Positions 30,453-41,526 are shown, numbered from the whole stretch's first letter. The stretch is DNA of 63,647 nucleotides, filler included, from Candidatus Woesearchaeota archaeon (GCA_018399355.1; 16 parts of 16 records of this genome joined end to end with filler, not necessarily neighbours in it); one strand, 5' to 3'. Made by a program: numbers and translations. Notes: generated by a model not told the origin, from the sequence alone.

Positions 30453-31255
30453 TTTTGCTTTAGGTATCTGTTTAAATCTTCCTTTGTATGTATATGCACC
30501 TCTTTTTCAGAGCTCAGGTGGCCCTGCAAAAGCCCTCTTTCTGCCAACCTTGGGAAGATATCATCTTCCAGGCTGTGGCCCCTGTGAGTTAAAATCTCTG
30601 GCTCTGCAACAAACATTGACGAAAAGCCGATGTAAATATCCGATTCCTTTGGTTTCTGCTCAAACTTTAGTATTTTTGTTCCCTCCATCTTTACTATTCC
30701 TTTTCTTGATGGTTCAGGTGAGGTTGTTAACATTAAGGTTGCAACTGAATTATTCCTGAAATGCTGATTCCAGAGTTCCTCTATATTTACTCTGTCAAAT
30801 ATTATATCCCCAAATACAACAAGGAAAGATGAGCTTAGCTTTCCATTTAGTATTTTTAATGAGGATGCGCTTCCATCTGATTCCTTTTCCTCAACATATT
30901 CTATCTTAACTCCGTATGAGGAGCCGTCCCTTAAAATGTTGAAAACACTTGTCAGTATATTTGGCCTTGCAATAACATATATATTCTTAAAATTGTTCTG
31001 TCTTAGTTTCTTGACAGCTTTTTCAACTATTGTTGATTTTTTTAGTTTTGCAGTTATCCTGTATTCATTGCCGGAAATCTTCATTGAGTTTTCATCACCG
31101 CCTGAAAGAATAACTGCTGTCCTGTTTTCTCCAAGTGAACTGTCAACAAGCCTTTCTATTGCCTGGCTTCTGTTCCTTATAATAACATTATCAATTATAG
31201 AATCAATCCTTTTAAGCATTTCTTTATCAATTGTTATAGATATTTTTTGTTTCAC
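30449..31255 (-). CDS. RHH (CopG-like) DNA-binding domain fused to a sugar-nucleotidyltransferase-like domain
   Basis: KISITID..RNRSQAIE, then AVILSGG, FGDIIF. Confidence 0.8.
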   Translation of the reverse strand: MKQKISITIDKEMLKRIDSIIDNVIIRNRSQAIERLVDSSLGENRTAVILSGGDENSMKISGNEYRITAKLKKSTIVEKAVKKLRQNNFKNIYVIARPNILTSVFNILRDGSSYGVKIEYVEEKESDGSASSLKILNGKLSSSFLVVFGDIIFDRVNIEELWNQHFRNNSVATLMLTTSPEPSRKGIVKMEGTKILKFEQKPKESDIYIGFSSMFVAEPEILTHRGHSLEDDIFPRLAERGLLQGHLSSEKEVHIHTKEDLNRYLKQK

Positions 31256-31345
31256 AATCTGTATTAAAACAACCTTATATATAAATTTATCGCATAAAGT
31301 AGGATAAAGGTAAGATATTTAAAAAATTCATATTTTAATTTATTT

Positions 31346-32254
31346 ATGATAACCAGCAAACAGGGAAATTACAGAATTCTTGCAGAGAAAATAAAGAAGT
31401 TAGATATAAGCTATAATCCCAACCCTTACAATGGCTACAGTGAAGATACCAATAAAAAAGTAAATGAAATGAGAATAAGGGCAAAAGATGATGCAACCTT
31501 GTTTGACGGACCTGGAGGAAGATTGTCCTCTTATTCTTTTAATAACGAAAAGCTTGATTTAAATCTTGATTATACGACATATTTTTATCATGTTGCAACA
31601 AGAGGAAATATTAATAATAAGAAAGACTGCGCAAGATGGTTCGGATGCTCAGGTATAACCTTTTCAAAAGAAGGCAATAATCTTTTTATGTGGGTTGGTG
31701 AGAAAAGTAACTTAAATGAAATCGGCTCTGGGGAGATCCAGCTTCTTCCTGCCGGCGGGATTAATCCAATAAATGATTTTGGGTTTGACTATAGTGTTAA
31801 GAGAGAGCTTTATGAAGAGGCACTAAAAAAAAGACCATTATATGATTCTGTTAAAAATAATTTTGAGGTAGAGTTGTTAGGAAGTAGGAAAAGAAATATC
31901 AAAAAAGAAGTTATTAAAGGGGTTGAAAGACATTTTCTTGACCTTAACTGCAGGATAAAAATCTGCGAGCCATATATGCTTACTGACATGAGGGATATCA
32001 GCTCTTTTAATCTCGCGCATATTGTTTTTCTTGATCTGAAAAATAAAGAGATAAAGGATTCTTTCAATCTGATCCCAGAGAATGAAAGGGAATTCAATAA
32101 TCTAAACCCCTTAGAATTTAGAAAAAACTATCTTGAAGATTACCTTAAATCTGAATTTAATAAATTGAGGCCCCTGGTTAGAGCTGCAATAGACTCTTCA
32201 TTAAGGAATTATGATTATTTACATGAAAAATTAAACAGAGAGGGATGGAAATGA
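31346..32254 (+). CDS. Hypothetical protein with Nudix-like box
   Basis: PAGGI...SVKRELYEEA. Confidence 0.5.
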   Translation: MITSKQGNYRILAEKIKKLDISYNPNPYNGYSEDTNKKVNEMRIRAKDDATLFDGPGGRLSSYSFNNEKLDLNLDYTTYFYHVATRGNINNKKDCARWFGCSGITFSKEGNNLFMWVGEKSNLNEIGSGEIQLLPAGGINPINDFGFDYSVKRELYEEALKKRPLYDSVKNNFEVELLGSRKRNIKKEVIKGVERHFLDLNCRIKICEPYMLTDMRDISSFNLAHIVFLDLKNKEIKDSFNLIPENEREFNNLNPLEFRKNYLEDYLKSEFNKLRPLVRAAIDSSLRNYDYLHEKLNREGWK

Positions 32255-33531
32255 GAAAAAAATTAAATATATCAGTTATAGGCACAGGATATGTAGGATT
32301 AATAACAGGGGCAGGGCTTGCAAGCCTCGGAAATAAAGTAATATGCGTTGATATTGATGAAGATAAGGTCGGAAGGATAAACAGAAAAGACCCCCCTATT
32401 TATGAGAAAGGGCTTAAAGAGCTTCTTGAAAAAGTTGTGCCAAATAATCTTAAAGCAACAACTGAACTTAAGAATACAATAAATGAAACTTCTGTAACAT
32501 TCATATGCGTTGGAACTCCTTCAAGAAAAAAAGGAGACACTTATTTCAAGCAGCTGGATGATGTTTCAAAAGAGATTGGTCTTGCATTAAAAGAAAAACA
32601 AAAAGGACATCTAATCATTGTCAAAAGCACTGTTCTGCCGGGAACAACAGAAGAAAAGGTAATAAAAACTATTGAAAAATTCTCAGGAAAAAAATATGGA
32701 ATTCACTTTGGCGCTGTGATGAATCCTGAATTTTTAAGAGAAGGCTCTGCATTGGATGATTTTTTTAACCCAGACAGAATCGTTATTGGCTCAACTGATT
32801 CAAGGTCTTTGAAATCAGCAAGAAAGATTTATGAAAACTTCAAATGCCCAATTCTTGAGGCAACATTCAAAGAAGCTGAGATGATAAAATATGCATCAAA
32901 CTCATTTTTGGCAACAAAGCTTTCCTTTATCAATGAAGTGGGCAATGTATGCAAAAGGCTTGGAATAAACACCAATGTTATTGCAAAGGGAATGGGCCTT
33001 GACTACAGAATTTCTCCAAAATTTTTAAGGTCAGGAATCGGTTTTGGGGGATCGTGCTTTCCAAAGGATGTATCTGCTTTGGTTTTTAAAGCCACAGAAG
33101 TAGGCTATAACACAAGGCTGTTAAGGGCAGTTCTTGATGTCAACCATGACCAGCCAATAAGGCTTCTTGAATTACTTGAAAATACAGGCCCACTAAAACA
33201 AAGAAAAATAGCAGTACTCGGATTAACATTCAAGGCAGGAACAGATGACACAAGGGAAAGCCCTTCATTAAGCATAATAAAAGAGCTTTTGCTTGAGGAG
33301 TCAGAGCTGCATATCTATGATCCGATGGCAATGAACCATGTTAAAAAGCTTTTTCCACATCTCAACTATGAGAAAACTGCGCAGGATGCTGTTAATAACT
33401 CAGAGATAGTGTTAATACTCACTGAGTGGCCTGAGTTCAAGAAAGTGGATTACGGTGAAAAATTAGTTATTGACGGAAAGAATTTATTTAATGATGATAA
33501 GCCAAAGAATTACGAGGGAATATGCTGGTGA
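32245..33531 (+). CDS. ugd: UDP-glucose 6-dehydrogenase
   Basis: IGTGYVG, KSTV, NPEFLREG, GGSCFPKD. Confidence 0.95.
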   Translation: MEMRKKLNISVIGTGYVGLITGAGLASLGNKVICVDIDEDKVGRINRKDPPIYEKGLKELLEKVVPNNLKATTELKNTINETSVTFICVGTPSRKKGDTYFKQLDDVSKEIGLALKEKQKGHLIIVKSTVLPGTTEEKVIKTIEKFSGKKYGIHFGAVMNPEFLREGSALDDFFNPDRIVIGSTDSRSLKSARKIYENFKCPILEATFKEAEMIKYASNSFLATKLSFINEVGNVCKRLGINTNVIAKGMGLDYRISPKFLRSGIGFGGSCFPKDVSALVFKATEVGYNTRLLRAVLDVNHDQPIRLLELLENTGPLKQRKIAVLGLTFKAGTDDTRESPSLSIIKELLLEESELHIYDPMAMNHVKKLFPHLNYEKTAQDAVNNSEIVLILTEWPEFKKVDYGEKLVIDGKNLFNDDKPKNYEGICW

Positions 33532-33580
33532 TTTGGCAAGGTTTAAATAATACCTTAATAAATTTATAAGAGGTGATCTC

Positions 33581-34558
33581 ATGAAAGTTATTATTCCATT
33601 AGCAGGCAAGGGAACAAGATTAAGGCCCCATACATTTTCAAAGCCAAAGCCATTGTTGAGAGTTGCAGGAAAGGCAGTCTTAGGGCATATTCTTGACAAG
33701 CTCAGGCCGCTTGATATTGAAGAGATAATATTCATCACAGGCGATATGCAGGAACAGATAGAAAAATATGTAAGTGAAAATTATGATTATCATGCTAAGT
33801 ACATAAAGCAAAAAGAGCTTTTGGGTGATGGTTATGCTATAAATCTGGCATCAGAATATATCAAAGATGATGTCCTTATAATATTTGTTGATACATTGTT
33901 TCAGACTGATTTGTCAAAGATAAAAGACATAAAATCAGACGGCGCTGTATGGGTTCAGGAGGTTGATGATCCAAGGCGCTTTGGAGTTGTTGTTCTTGAG
34001 AACAGCCACATAAAAGAAATAGTTGAAAAGCCAGATGAGCCGATTTCAAATCTAGCCATCATTGGATTGTATTACATTAAAAACAGTGAATTAATGTTCC
34101 ACTGCCTTGATGAGATTATAAAAACAAACATAAGATCAAAGGGTGAGTTCAGACTGGCTGATGCCCTTGGCTTGATGATAAAAAATGATGCCAGGCTTGA
34201 GGCTCTTGAGGTTGATAAGTGGCTTGACTGCGGAAAGCCTGAAACATTATTAAGCACAAACAAGTATCTTCTGAGTGATGGATTCAGCAAGGAGGCAAAA
34301 ACAAAGGACTCTGTGATTATAAATCCTGTTTATATTGAGGATAATGTTACAATAGAAAACTCCATTGTGGGGCCTTATGCTTCAGTTGCCTCTGGCTGCG
34401 TTATAAAAAACTCTATTGTGAAGGATTCAATAGTTGGCGAGAAAGCTGTTATTCAGAACGCAGCATTAAACAAGTCACTTATAGGAGATAATGCAATTAT
34501 CAAGGACACATTCAGGAAATTAAACGTGGGGGATAATTCAGAGATAGATTTTGAGTGA
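33581..34558 (+). CDS. Sugar-1-phosphate nucleotidyltransferase
   Basis: AGKGTRLRP..KPKPLL, VEKP, WLDCG, C-terminal left-handed beta-helix. Confidence 0.92.
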   Translation: MKVIIPLAGKGTRLRPHTFSKPKPLLRVAGKAVLGHILDKLRPLDIEEIIFITGDMQEQIEKYVSENYDYHAKYIKQKELLGDGYAINLASEYIKDDVLIIFVDTLFQTDLSKIKDIKSDGAVWVQEVDDPRRFGVVVLENSHIKEIVEKPDEPISNLAIIGLYYIKNSELMFHCLDEIIKTNIRSKGEFRLADALGLMIKNDARLEALEVDKWLDCGKPETLLSTNKYLLSDGFSKEAKTKDSVIINPVYIEDNVTIENSIVGPYASVASGCVIKNSIVKDSIVGEKAVIQNAALNKSLIGDNAIIKDTFRKLNVGDNSEIDFE

Positions 34559-34604
34559 TTTTGATAAGGAAAAATTTAAAAATAAAGAGTGAATAGTTGT
34601 AATA

Positions 34605-34949
34605 ATGGATAGATACCCTGATGTATATGCCGGATACAATAGCTTTAAGCTAATCATAAGTCATTTTATATCAGCATTATTTCTTTTTCTGGTTGTTGAT
34701 TGGTATATAAACAGCATATTAAAGATAGAGAATTTTTATTTCTTTCTTACAGATATGGTTGTTTTTATGGGTTATATTTTTATCTATGCATTAATAACAT
34801 CTTTTTTTTCAGGAGTGATTGTTTATCCTATACTTAAGAATAAGGCTTTTCAAAGATATGAGGTTATTTTAATACCTATAATATTTGTTTTGCTGGTTTT
34901 ATTACTCTCTATAAGATTTAATTTTTTTAGTGATTTAATGTTTTTTTAA
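34605..34949 (+). CDS. Small membrane protein
   Basis: Three hydrophobic segments. Confidence 0.6.
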   Translation: MDRYPDVYAGYNSFKLIISHFISALFLFLVVDWYINSILKIENFYFFLTDMVVFMGYIFIYALITSFFSGVIVYPILKNKAFQRYEVILIPIIFVLLVLLLSIRFNFFSDLMFF

Positions 34950-35887
34950 TCAGAAACAGCAGATTTGAAGTATTCTATTGTATTCTTTATTCCTTCTTGA
35001 AAACTTATTTTTGGCTCCCAGTCAAGCTTTTCTTTTGCTAATGTAATATCAGGCTTTCTCTGTTTGGGGTCGTCTTCTGGCAATGGCTTGAATGCAATTT
35101 TTGATGAGCTTTTTGTTTCGCTTATTATTTTTTCAGCTATTTCAGCTATTGTTGTTTCATTGGTGTTGCCAAGGTTTATCGGTCCTATGTAACTTTGGTT
35201 CATCATCTTGTATAATCCTTCAACCATATCTTTAACATAACAGAAGCTTCTTGTTTGGGAGCCATCACCAAATACAGTTATGTCTTGGTTTTTTAAGGCC
35301 TGGATTATAAAGTTTGAGATAACCCTTCCGTCGTTTTCAGCCATCTTTGGGCCGTATGTGTTGAATATTCTTACAATCCTTATATCCATGCTGTACTTTC
35401 TGTGGTAGTCCATAAATAAAGTTTCTGCAACTCTCTTGCCCTCATCGTAGCAAGCTCTAGGTCCTAAGGTATTTACATTTCCTCTGTATGTTTCAATCTG
35501 GGGATGGATTTCAGGATCTCCATATATTTCTGATGTTGAGGCCTGCAAAACCCTTGAGCCGTTTAGCTTTGCAAACTCTAGTACATTTATTACTCCCAAA
35601 GTGTTGGCCTTAACAGTTTCTATAGGGTCAAACTGGTAGTGCACTGGAGATGCAGGGCATGCAAGGTTGTAAATCTGGTCAATATGCTCTTTTATGACTT
35701 TTCTTAATGGATGGGTTATATCATGGGGTATTACTTTGAAATTAGGATTATTTTCTAAATGCCTTATGTTTTTTATGCGGCCTGTGAAGAAGTTGTCCAG
35801 GCAGATTATCTTGTTGCCGTTTTTCAATAGAAATTCACATAGGTGACTTCCAATAAATCCTGCTCCGCCTGTTACAAGTATATTCAT
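34946..35887 (-). CDS. UDP-glucuronate decarboxylase (UDP-xylose synthase)
   Basis: [30 protein letters not shown]. Confidence 0.93.
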   Translation of the reverse strand: MNILVTGGAGFIGSHLCEFLLKNGNKIICLDNFFTGRIKNIRHLENNPNFKVIPHDITHPLRKVIKEHIDQIYNLACPASPVHYQFDPIETVKANTLGVINVLEFAKLNGSRVLQASTSEIYGDPEIHPQIETYRGNVNTLGPRACYDEGKRVAETLFMDYHRKYSMDIRIVRIFNTYGPKMAENDGRVISNFIIQALKNQDITVFGDGSQTRSFCYVKDMVEGLYKMMNQSYIGPINLGNTNETTIAEIAEKIISETKSSSKIAFKPLPEDDPKQRKPDITLAKEKLDWEPKISFQEGIKNTIEYFKSAVSD

Positions 35888-35934
35888 TTTATATCTTAAA
35901 AGCAACTGAGTTTTATCTAATTATATAAATCTTT

Positions 35935-36297
35935 TTATTTATTTTTATAGAAAAGCCAAATATCATTTTTGTCGAATGATTTAATTTTAGCACCTTCATA
36001 ACTGGATAAATATTTGTAACCATCATTATCTATGTTTGATTTTGGATTGGATATAACATAAATTAATTCATAATCTTTGTCTTCTTTACAGTATATCTTT
36101 CTGAAATGTTCTTTAGTGAAATAGTATTCATAAGGATTTTGAGATATATTAAATAAGATTATACATGAATTGTTTTCTACTTTTTCATTTAAATAAATGT
36201 ATATAGACCTTGTGTCTCCTACATAATTAAAGTTGTTTTTATAAATATTACCAAAGTTATAAACTCCAAAAAGCACAATCACAATACAAAAGATATT
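35935..36297 (-). CDS. C-terminus of a membrane glycosyltransferase-like protein (5' truncated)
   Basis: Last TM helix plus soluble tail at contig end. Confidence 0.45.
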   Translation of the reverse strand, partial: NIFCIVIVLFGVYNFGNIYKNNFNYVGDTRSIYIYLNEKVENNSCIILFNISQNPYEYYFTKEHFRKIYCKEDKDYELIYVISNPKSNIDNDGYKYLSSYEGAKIKSFDKNDIWLFYKNK

Positions 36298-36398
36298 NNN
36301 NNNNNNNNNNNNNNNNNNNNNNNNNNNNNNNNNNNNNNNNNTTAATTAATTAANNNNNNNNNNNNNNNNNNNNNNNNNNNNNNNNNNNNNNNNNNNNT

Positions 36399-37208
36399 TT
36401 TAAATATGACCCTTCTGTAGTTCCTGGAACAAGTGAAATTGCGTTAGCTGGAGGGCAGGATTCCTATTCTGGTTATACTCCTCCAAGTTCTACTACTCCC
36501 ATATCTGGAATAGTATCCTCTTATGTTCCTTCTTCAGTTTCAACTACTTCGGCGCCTGCTTCAGTAACAAGTGATACAACAAGTATAACTCCTTCCTACT
36601 CAAGTGTGGTTGCACCTGTTTCAAGTAATGTTTTATCTCCTTCTTATACAAGTTCAAGAAGAGCAAGTTCAAGAAAATCTTCTATAACTAAGAGTTCAAT
36701 AACTCCTTCAGTAAGTAAAGCTTATTCTTCTGTTGTTAGTTCTTTTAAACCTTCCAAAGTTTCAATACCAAAGAGTTCTTATCTTTCAAATTTATATTCT
36801 GGGATATCAAGTGGAAAAAGTTTAGGTAAAAGTCCTTATATTTATTCTCCAACAAAACAAACTTCTTATAAATTTAAACTTCCAAAGCAAAGAAAAATGC
36901 CTAAACCTCTTGGAAGATATAACATTTTTGGAAGAAGGTTTGGAAAGTTTAAGATTGTTGGAACTGCAAAGACACAACAACAAGCATTTACCTTTGGAAA
37001 GAAATGGGCTTCTACTACTTTAGGAGCAACATTTAAAATTCCAAAAGCAAAGATGAGAAAACTTCCTGGATTTAAAACCAAGAAAACAAAGAAAGGAGAT
37101 ATTCTTTATATTGAACCTGCTAAAAAAAGATTAAAGAAAAGAGGTTTAAGTAAGGAAATTCCAGAGATACAATTTTTTAAAAAACTGAAAGGGGGTAGGA
37201 AAATATAA
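36399..37208 (+). CDS. C-terminus of a giant Ser-rich then Lys/Arg-rich protein (virus-like contig)
   Basis: Frame open from contig start; S/T/P-rich, then very basic. Confidence 0.65.
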   Translation, partial: FKYDPSVVPGTSEIALAGGQDSYSGYTPPSSTTPISGIVSSYVPSSVSTTSAPASVTSDTTSITPSYSSVVAPVSSNVLSPSYTSSRRASSRKSSITKSSITPSVSKAYSSVVSSFKPSKVSIPKSSYLSNLYSGISSGKSLGKSPYIYSPTKQTSYKFKLPKQRKMPKPLGRYNIFGRRFGKFKIVGTAKTQQQAFTFGKKWASTTLGATFKIPKAKMRKLPGFKTKKTKKGDILYIEPAKKRLKKRGLSKEIPEIQFFKKLKGGRKI

Positions 37209-37573
37209 TGGGAATAATTTCATCAATAAAAGATTCAAAGGAGAGATATAAAAAAATACAAGCTGAAAGAAAGGGATATAGAAAGATAATTTCTCAAAAA
37301 ACAAAGTTAGCCGCAAGACAAGCTTATGCAGATGAAGCAATAAAGGTTGCAAGAGAAAGAGCAAAAGCAAGAGCAAGAGAGCCTACTTTTGGACAAAAAT
37401 TATCTAAGTTTGCAGAAAAACAAGCTTCTTCTCAAAGAAGGAGAGTTAAAAAGAGAGTTCCAATAAAACAAAAAACTAATAAAAAGAAGAAAAAGAAAAC
37501 TTCAACTTACCCAATTTATTCAGCTCCAAAATCCCCTCAAAGTTTAAATCAAGCAATTTACGGGGGTTACTAA
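37208..37573 (+). CDS. Small basic protein
   Basis: TAATG translational coupling to upstream gene. Confidence 0.65.
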   Translation: MGIISSIKDSKERYKKIQAERKGYRKIISQKTKLAARQAYADEAIKVARERAKARAREPTFGQKLSKFAEKQASSQRRRVKKRVPIKQKTNKKKKKKTSTYPIYSAPKSPQSLNQAIYGGY

Positions 37574-37625
37574 ATGAAGAAAGGAATACAAAAAGCAAAC
37601 GGTTTAAGGAGATAAAAAAACAAAA

Positions 37626-38432
37626 ATGGAACAACAAGACCCATACAATGATATGGTAGAACAAGCAGGTGTGCATTCACAGGCACAGCAAGGAAACTTA
37701 TTGGCAAATCAATCAAAGCAACTTCAATACCAAATGGAAGATGTTGAGAAGAATCTTGCCGAGGCACAGTTAGATGTAGAGGAAACTTTAACAAAAATAA
37801 GTCATCTTTTAAAACAAGATGTACTAAAAACAAATGAACAGGGAATATTAGAATGGAAAGAAATTACTGATTCTAAAAAAAGAATACTTACAGATGAAGG
37901 AGTAGATAAGATTATGCAGATTATGCAATCTTATATTAATAAAGAAACATTATTATCTAACTTTGATGAGAAAATGATTTCTAGGAGAATGTTGGAATTT
38001 TCATTATCTTTTTCTGCACTTATCTTTTTAAAGTATGAGGTATTTTTTAGAAGCCCTTCAATGTTGGAATGTAAAGAGATACTTCAAGAAAGAATAAACC
38101 AAAAGATTGAAGTTAAGAAAATGACTGCACAGATTTTTAAGAAAGATTTTGATGAAGAACAAGTAGAAAAAGAAACCCTTTCAGAATTAGAACCAAGAAT
38201 GGATTATGAGATAGAGAAAATTAAAAAAGAACAGACTAAAATTAATCTAAGAGAATTTGAAATGATTTTTACACAACTAAAGGCATTGGTAGAATCAACT
38301 CATAACAGAGCTTGGAAAGGAGAAGAGAGAGGTTCATTAAGAAGACACTTTAATATCTCTGAAGTAATTGGTGGTAAATCTCCTGTGCCTCAACAAAAAG
38401 GGGGTATGTTTGGTTCATGGGGAAGGAAATAA
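37626..38432 (+). CDS. Hypothetical protein of virus-like element
   Basis: 268-aa ORF; C-terminal HNRAWKGEERGSLRRH. Confidence 0.7.
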   Translation: MEQQDPYNDMVEQAGVHSQAQQGNLLANQSKQLQYQMEDVEKNLAEAQLDVEETLTKISHLLKQDVLKTNEQGILEWKEITDSKKRILTDEGVDKIMQIMQSYINKETLLSNFDEKMISRRMLEFSLSFSALIFLKYEVFFRSPSMLECKEILQERINQKIEVKKMTAQIFKKDFDEEQVEKETLSELEPRMDYEIEKIKKEQTKINLREFEMIFTQLKALVESTHNRAWKGEERGSLRRHFNISEVIGGKSPVPQQKGGMFGSWGRK

Positions 38433-38870
38433 TAGTTGCATTTTTATTAGTTTTTTCTCTTTCTCAAGTATCATCACTCCCACAAGATGGAGATGATAAA
38501 ATAGAATTTAATTATCCTGTGAACTATTCTACAGTCCCAACAGTTAATAGTTCAGAATATTGGGATGATTTAGATACATATAATTCTACACAATTTGAAA
38601 ATGATGGGGGACTATTACACGCAGTTAAATCTTGGTGGGATGGTTTGTATTGTCAATTAACTGGTTGCACAATGGAAGGGGATATTGATATGGATGGAAA
38701 TGATGTTTTGAATGTTGGTAATATTTATAACAAAACAGAAGTGGATGATAATTTATCTGGTTATGTTCCTTATACTGGAGCTAGTCAGAATGTTGATTTG
38801 GGAGGACAGGATATTACTACTACTGGAACTGGTTTTTTTGGTTTTTTAGGAAGTTTGACTTCAAGAATTA
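38417..38870 (+). CDS. Secreted acidic beta-rich (fibre/adhesin-like) protein, 3' truncated
   Basis: Signal peptide; CQLTGCTMEGDIDMDGN, YVPYTGASQNVDLG. Confidence 0.6.
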
Positions 38871-38970
38871 NNNNNNNNNNNNNNNNNNNNNNNNNNNNNN
38901 NNNNNNNNNNNNNNTTAATTAATTAANNNNNNNNNNNNNNNNNNNNNNNNNNNNNNNNNNNNNNNNNNNN

Positions 38971-39348
38971 AGAAACCCCATAAAGTTTTTGATAAACATT
39001 ACTCAATGCAACTCCTATTATAACAGTTATTATTAATAAAACAATAAAAGGAGCTGCAAAAATTGGATGTGTTGGGATATACCAGGCAGTAATCATCAAA
39101 CCAAGAATTAATCCTGCAAAAACAACATACCATACAGCAGATAATGTATTATTGGCTACATTTTTTGTTGCCTGAAAACTTTCATTTACTTCTGGAGTAT
39201 CTGAAGCAATTTTTGTTTGTAATTCATCTGAAAAAGTATTTGCAATATATCCTCCAATAAGAATTACAAACCCAAGCGCAGCTATTGTTACTATTGCATA
39301 AAGCAATCCTGCGAAATTCCCTCTCTTATCATCTATAATTGTTCTCAT
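38971..39348 (-). CDS. Membrane protein with class III (prepilin-like) signal, 3' truncated
   Basis: DDKRG/NF followed by a hydrophobic helix and further TMs. Confidence 0.65.
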
Positions 39349-39449
39349 TTTGAATTTACTCCTTTTTGCTTTGCATCTTTATTTGCCTGTGAAACAATAA
39401 AAACTAAAATTGCAACTCCTATTATTACAATTAAAGCTTGGATTAACAT
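39345..39449 (-). CDS. 34-aa single-TM peptide (not in ORF track)
   Basis: MLIQALIVIIGVAILVFIVSQANKDAKQKGVNSK*, AGGAGG SD, ATGA overlap with next gene. Confidence 0.55.
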   Translation of the reverse strand: MLIQALIVIIGVAILVFIVSQANKDAKQKGVNSK

Positions 39450-39601
39450 ATGTTCCTCCTTTTACTTTGGTGAATCATTTCTCTATAAATTTGAGAGATA
39501 GTTTTTCCAGAAGTTTTTGCTATTGCTTTTATTTTTTCATAATCTCTTTTTGAGATTCTTGCACTTAATACAAATGTAGGTTCTTTTTTTTTCCTTCCCA
39601 T
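39443..39601 (-). CDS. 52-aa ribbon-helix-helix DNA-binding protein (not in ORF track)
   Basis: MGRKKKEPTFVLSARISKRDYEKIKAIAKTSGKTISQIYREMI. Confidence 0.65.
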   Translation of the reverse strand: MGRKKKEPTFVLSARISKRDYEKIKAIAKTSGKTISQIYREMIHQSKRRNIC

Positions 39602-39602
39602 T

Positions 39603-41426
39603 TTAAACTAACCACATCCCTCTTTTCTTCTTTTTCTTTTTAGCAATAATAGGTCTAATAGTTAATCCAGTAAATTCAGATTTTCTTTTTCTAGGTGCTC
39701 TTAAATCAGTAGCCAAAGCATAAAATGAAGGTTGCCTTCTAACTCTTGTTGGTTGTCTTTGTATTGGAGCTTTAAATGCTGGTTGTTTAAGTCTTTGTTT
39801 TAGAAAAGGGAAATACGGAGGAGCACCAAAACCTCCTTTTCTAGGAATTATAGGAGTATATCCTCTAAAAGTTTCTTTTTGTTTTATAGGCATTTTTAAT
39901 CTAGGTGTTATTTCTAATCTTGGTTTTTGTGGTTGCCTAATCTTTTGTCCAGGTCTTTGTCTTGATTTTTGTTTGATTTGTTGAAGAACCCTTATTTTTT
40001 GTTCAGGTCTTTGCCTTTCTTTAATTGCAAACTTTTCTTGTTGTTTTTGAACATCATCTTGCATTTCTCTAAACTTTAAACCAGAAACAACCTTTGCATC
40101 TTCTTTTTCTTCTGTAACAGCTTTTGTTGCTCCAGAAGCAAATCCATAAGTTGTTGTTGGAGGTTTAATAAAAGTTACAGGTCTTTGTTGTAAGCTTGAT
40201 TTAACAATGTTTTTTAATGCTTGTTGAGATACAAGTTCTGAACTTGTTTTTGTTGATTGCAGTGTTGCTGTTGAAGGAAGGTTTGCTCTTAATCCAGAAG
40301 TTCCTCCTCTTATTGAATAATAAGTAGAACCTCCAGATAATCTTTTCAAAAAACCCTTTGAGAAAATATTTCCTTTTGGTGTTACTGCAGTTGATTGAAT
40401 ATAAGCAAGGTCTTTTGAAGAAACATCAATTCCTGCTGATAAAAAAGGTTGTCTTGATTGAGTCCCATATTTTGAAAAACCTCCTCCTACTGAAACCCCA
40501 AAATCATCATATTGTTGTCTAAAACTTCTTTCAACTCCTTGAAAAAGTTTTCCTTTTGGTTTTTTGATTATTTTTAAATCAGGAAATCTTAAACCTTTCC
40601 TTACTTCTCTTCCATAACCTCCTGTTGTATAAACATCAAATTTTCCAGATTTTCCAACATATTTGGTTGATCCTCTTGAAACACCTTTTCCAAATTGAGA
40701 ACCTTTTTTATAAAAAAAACCAAGATCTGTTTGAACAACTCCTTCTTGTTTTGCTTTTGATTGTGCCCCTTTGAAATAAACACTTGTTGTTCCAAGCAAT
40801 TCTCTTTCAATTTGTGTTGTTGTTGTCATAGATGGAGAAAAAGCAGAAAATAACAAAACATCCCCTGCAATATCAGAAGAAAATTCTTTAGAAGGTTCAT
40901 TAATCTTATAACCACCTTTCCTTAAAATAGAGGAAGAAAGGTCAATAAGTTTTTCACCTCCAAAATAAGCAGTTTTTCTTACCATTGCTGGAAAATCTCT
41001 TTGTTCGTATAATTCCTTAAAAGAAGTTTCTTTTACTCTTTCTCTTTCTAATTCAGTTCTTAGATTTTGTTTTTTAAAATCTTTCCATAATTTGCCAGAG
41101 AAAGTTGGAGGTTCTGTTGTATCTATTGTTTTAATTTTCCCAGAAGGATCAATATAAGAAAAACCCTTTGTTTTTATTGGTGTTGCATCAGAAGGGAGAC
41201 CCCTTCCTTTAAACTCTTCAGCTTCAAATATCTTTTCTTCGCCATAATATTTTCCTCCTTTTTGTTTTAATGTTTCAAAAGCATCTCCTTTCATCATGCT
41301 CATTTTTTCTCCTTCAGGAGAAATATAAGTTCCTGTAGGAATTTCACTTCTAGTTGTTTTTTCAAACTGCAATAATTTTCTTGTTTGAGGAGATAATTTT
41401 TCAGCTTCCTTTTCTGTAAATATTAT
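39603..41426 (-). CDS. C-terminal part of a giant basic Q/R/K/P-rich protein (virus-like contig)
   Basis: Frame open to contig end; basic tail ending FTGLTIRPII. Confidence 0.7.
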   Translation of the reverse strand: MIFTEKEAEKLSPQTRKLLQFEKTTRSEIPTGTYISPEGEKMSMMKGDAFETLKQKGGKYYGEEKIFEAEEFKGRGLPSDATPIKTKGFSYIDPSGKIKTIDTTEPPTFSGKLWKDFKKQNLRTELERERVKETSFKELYEQRDFPAMVRKTAYFGGEKLIDLSSSILRKGGYKINEPSKEFSSDIAGDVLLFSAFSPSMTTTTQIERELLGTTSVYFKGAQSKAKQEGVVQTDLGFFYKKGSQFGKGVSRGSTKYVGKSGKFDVYTTGGYGREVRKGLRFPDLKIIKKPKGKLFQGVERSFRQQYDDFGVSVGGGFSKYGTQSRQPFLSAGIDVSSKDLAYIQSTAVTPKGNIFSKGFLKRLSGGSTYYSIRGGTSGLRANLPSTATLQSTKTSSELVSQQALKNIVKSSLQQRPVTFIKPPTTTYGFASGATKAVTEEKEDAKVVSGLKFREMQDDVQKQQEKFAIKERQRPEQKIRVLQQIKQKSRQRPGQKIRQPQKPRLEITPRLKMPIKQKETFRGYTPIIPRKGGFGAPPYFPFLKQRLKQPAFKAPIQRQPTRVRRQPSFYALATDLRAPRKRKSEFTGLTIRPIIAKKKKKKRGMWLV

Positions 41427-41526
41427 NNNNNNNNNNNNNNNNNNNNNNNNNNNNNNNNNNNNNNNNNNNNTTAATTAATTAANNNNNNNNNNNNNNNNNN
41501 NNNNNNNNNNNNNNNNNNNNNNNNNN

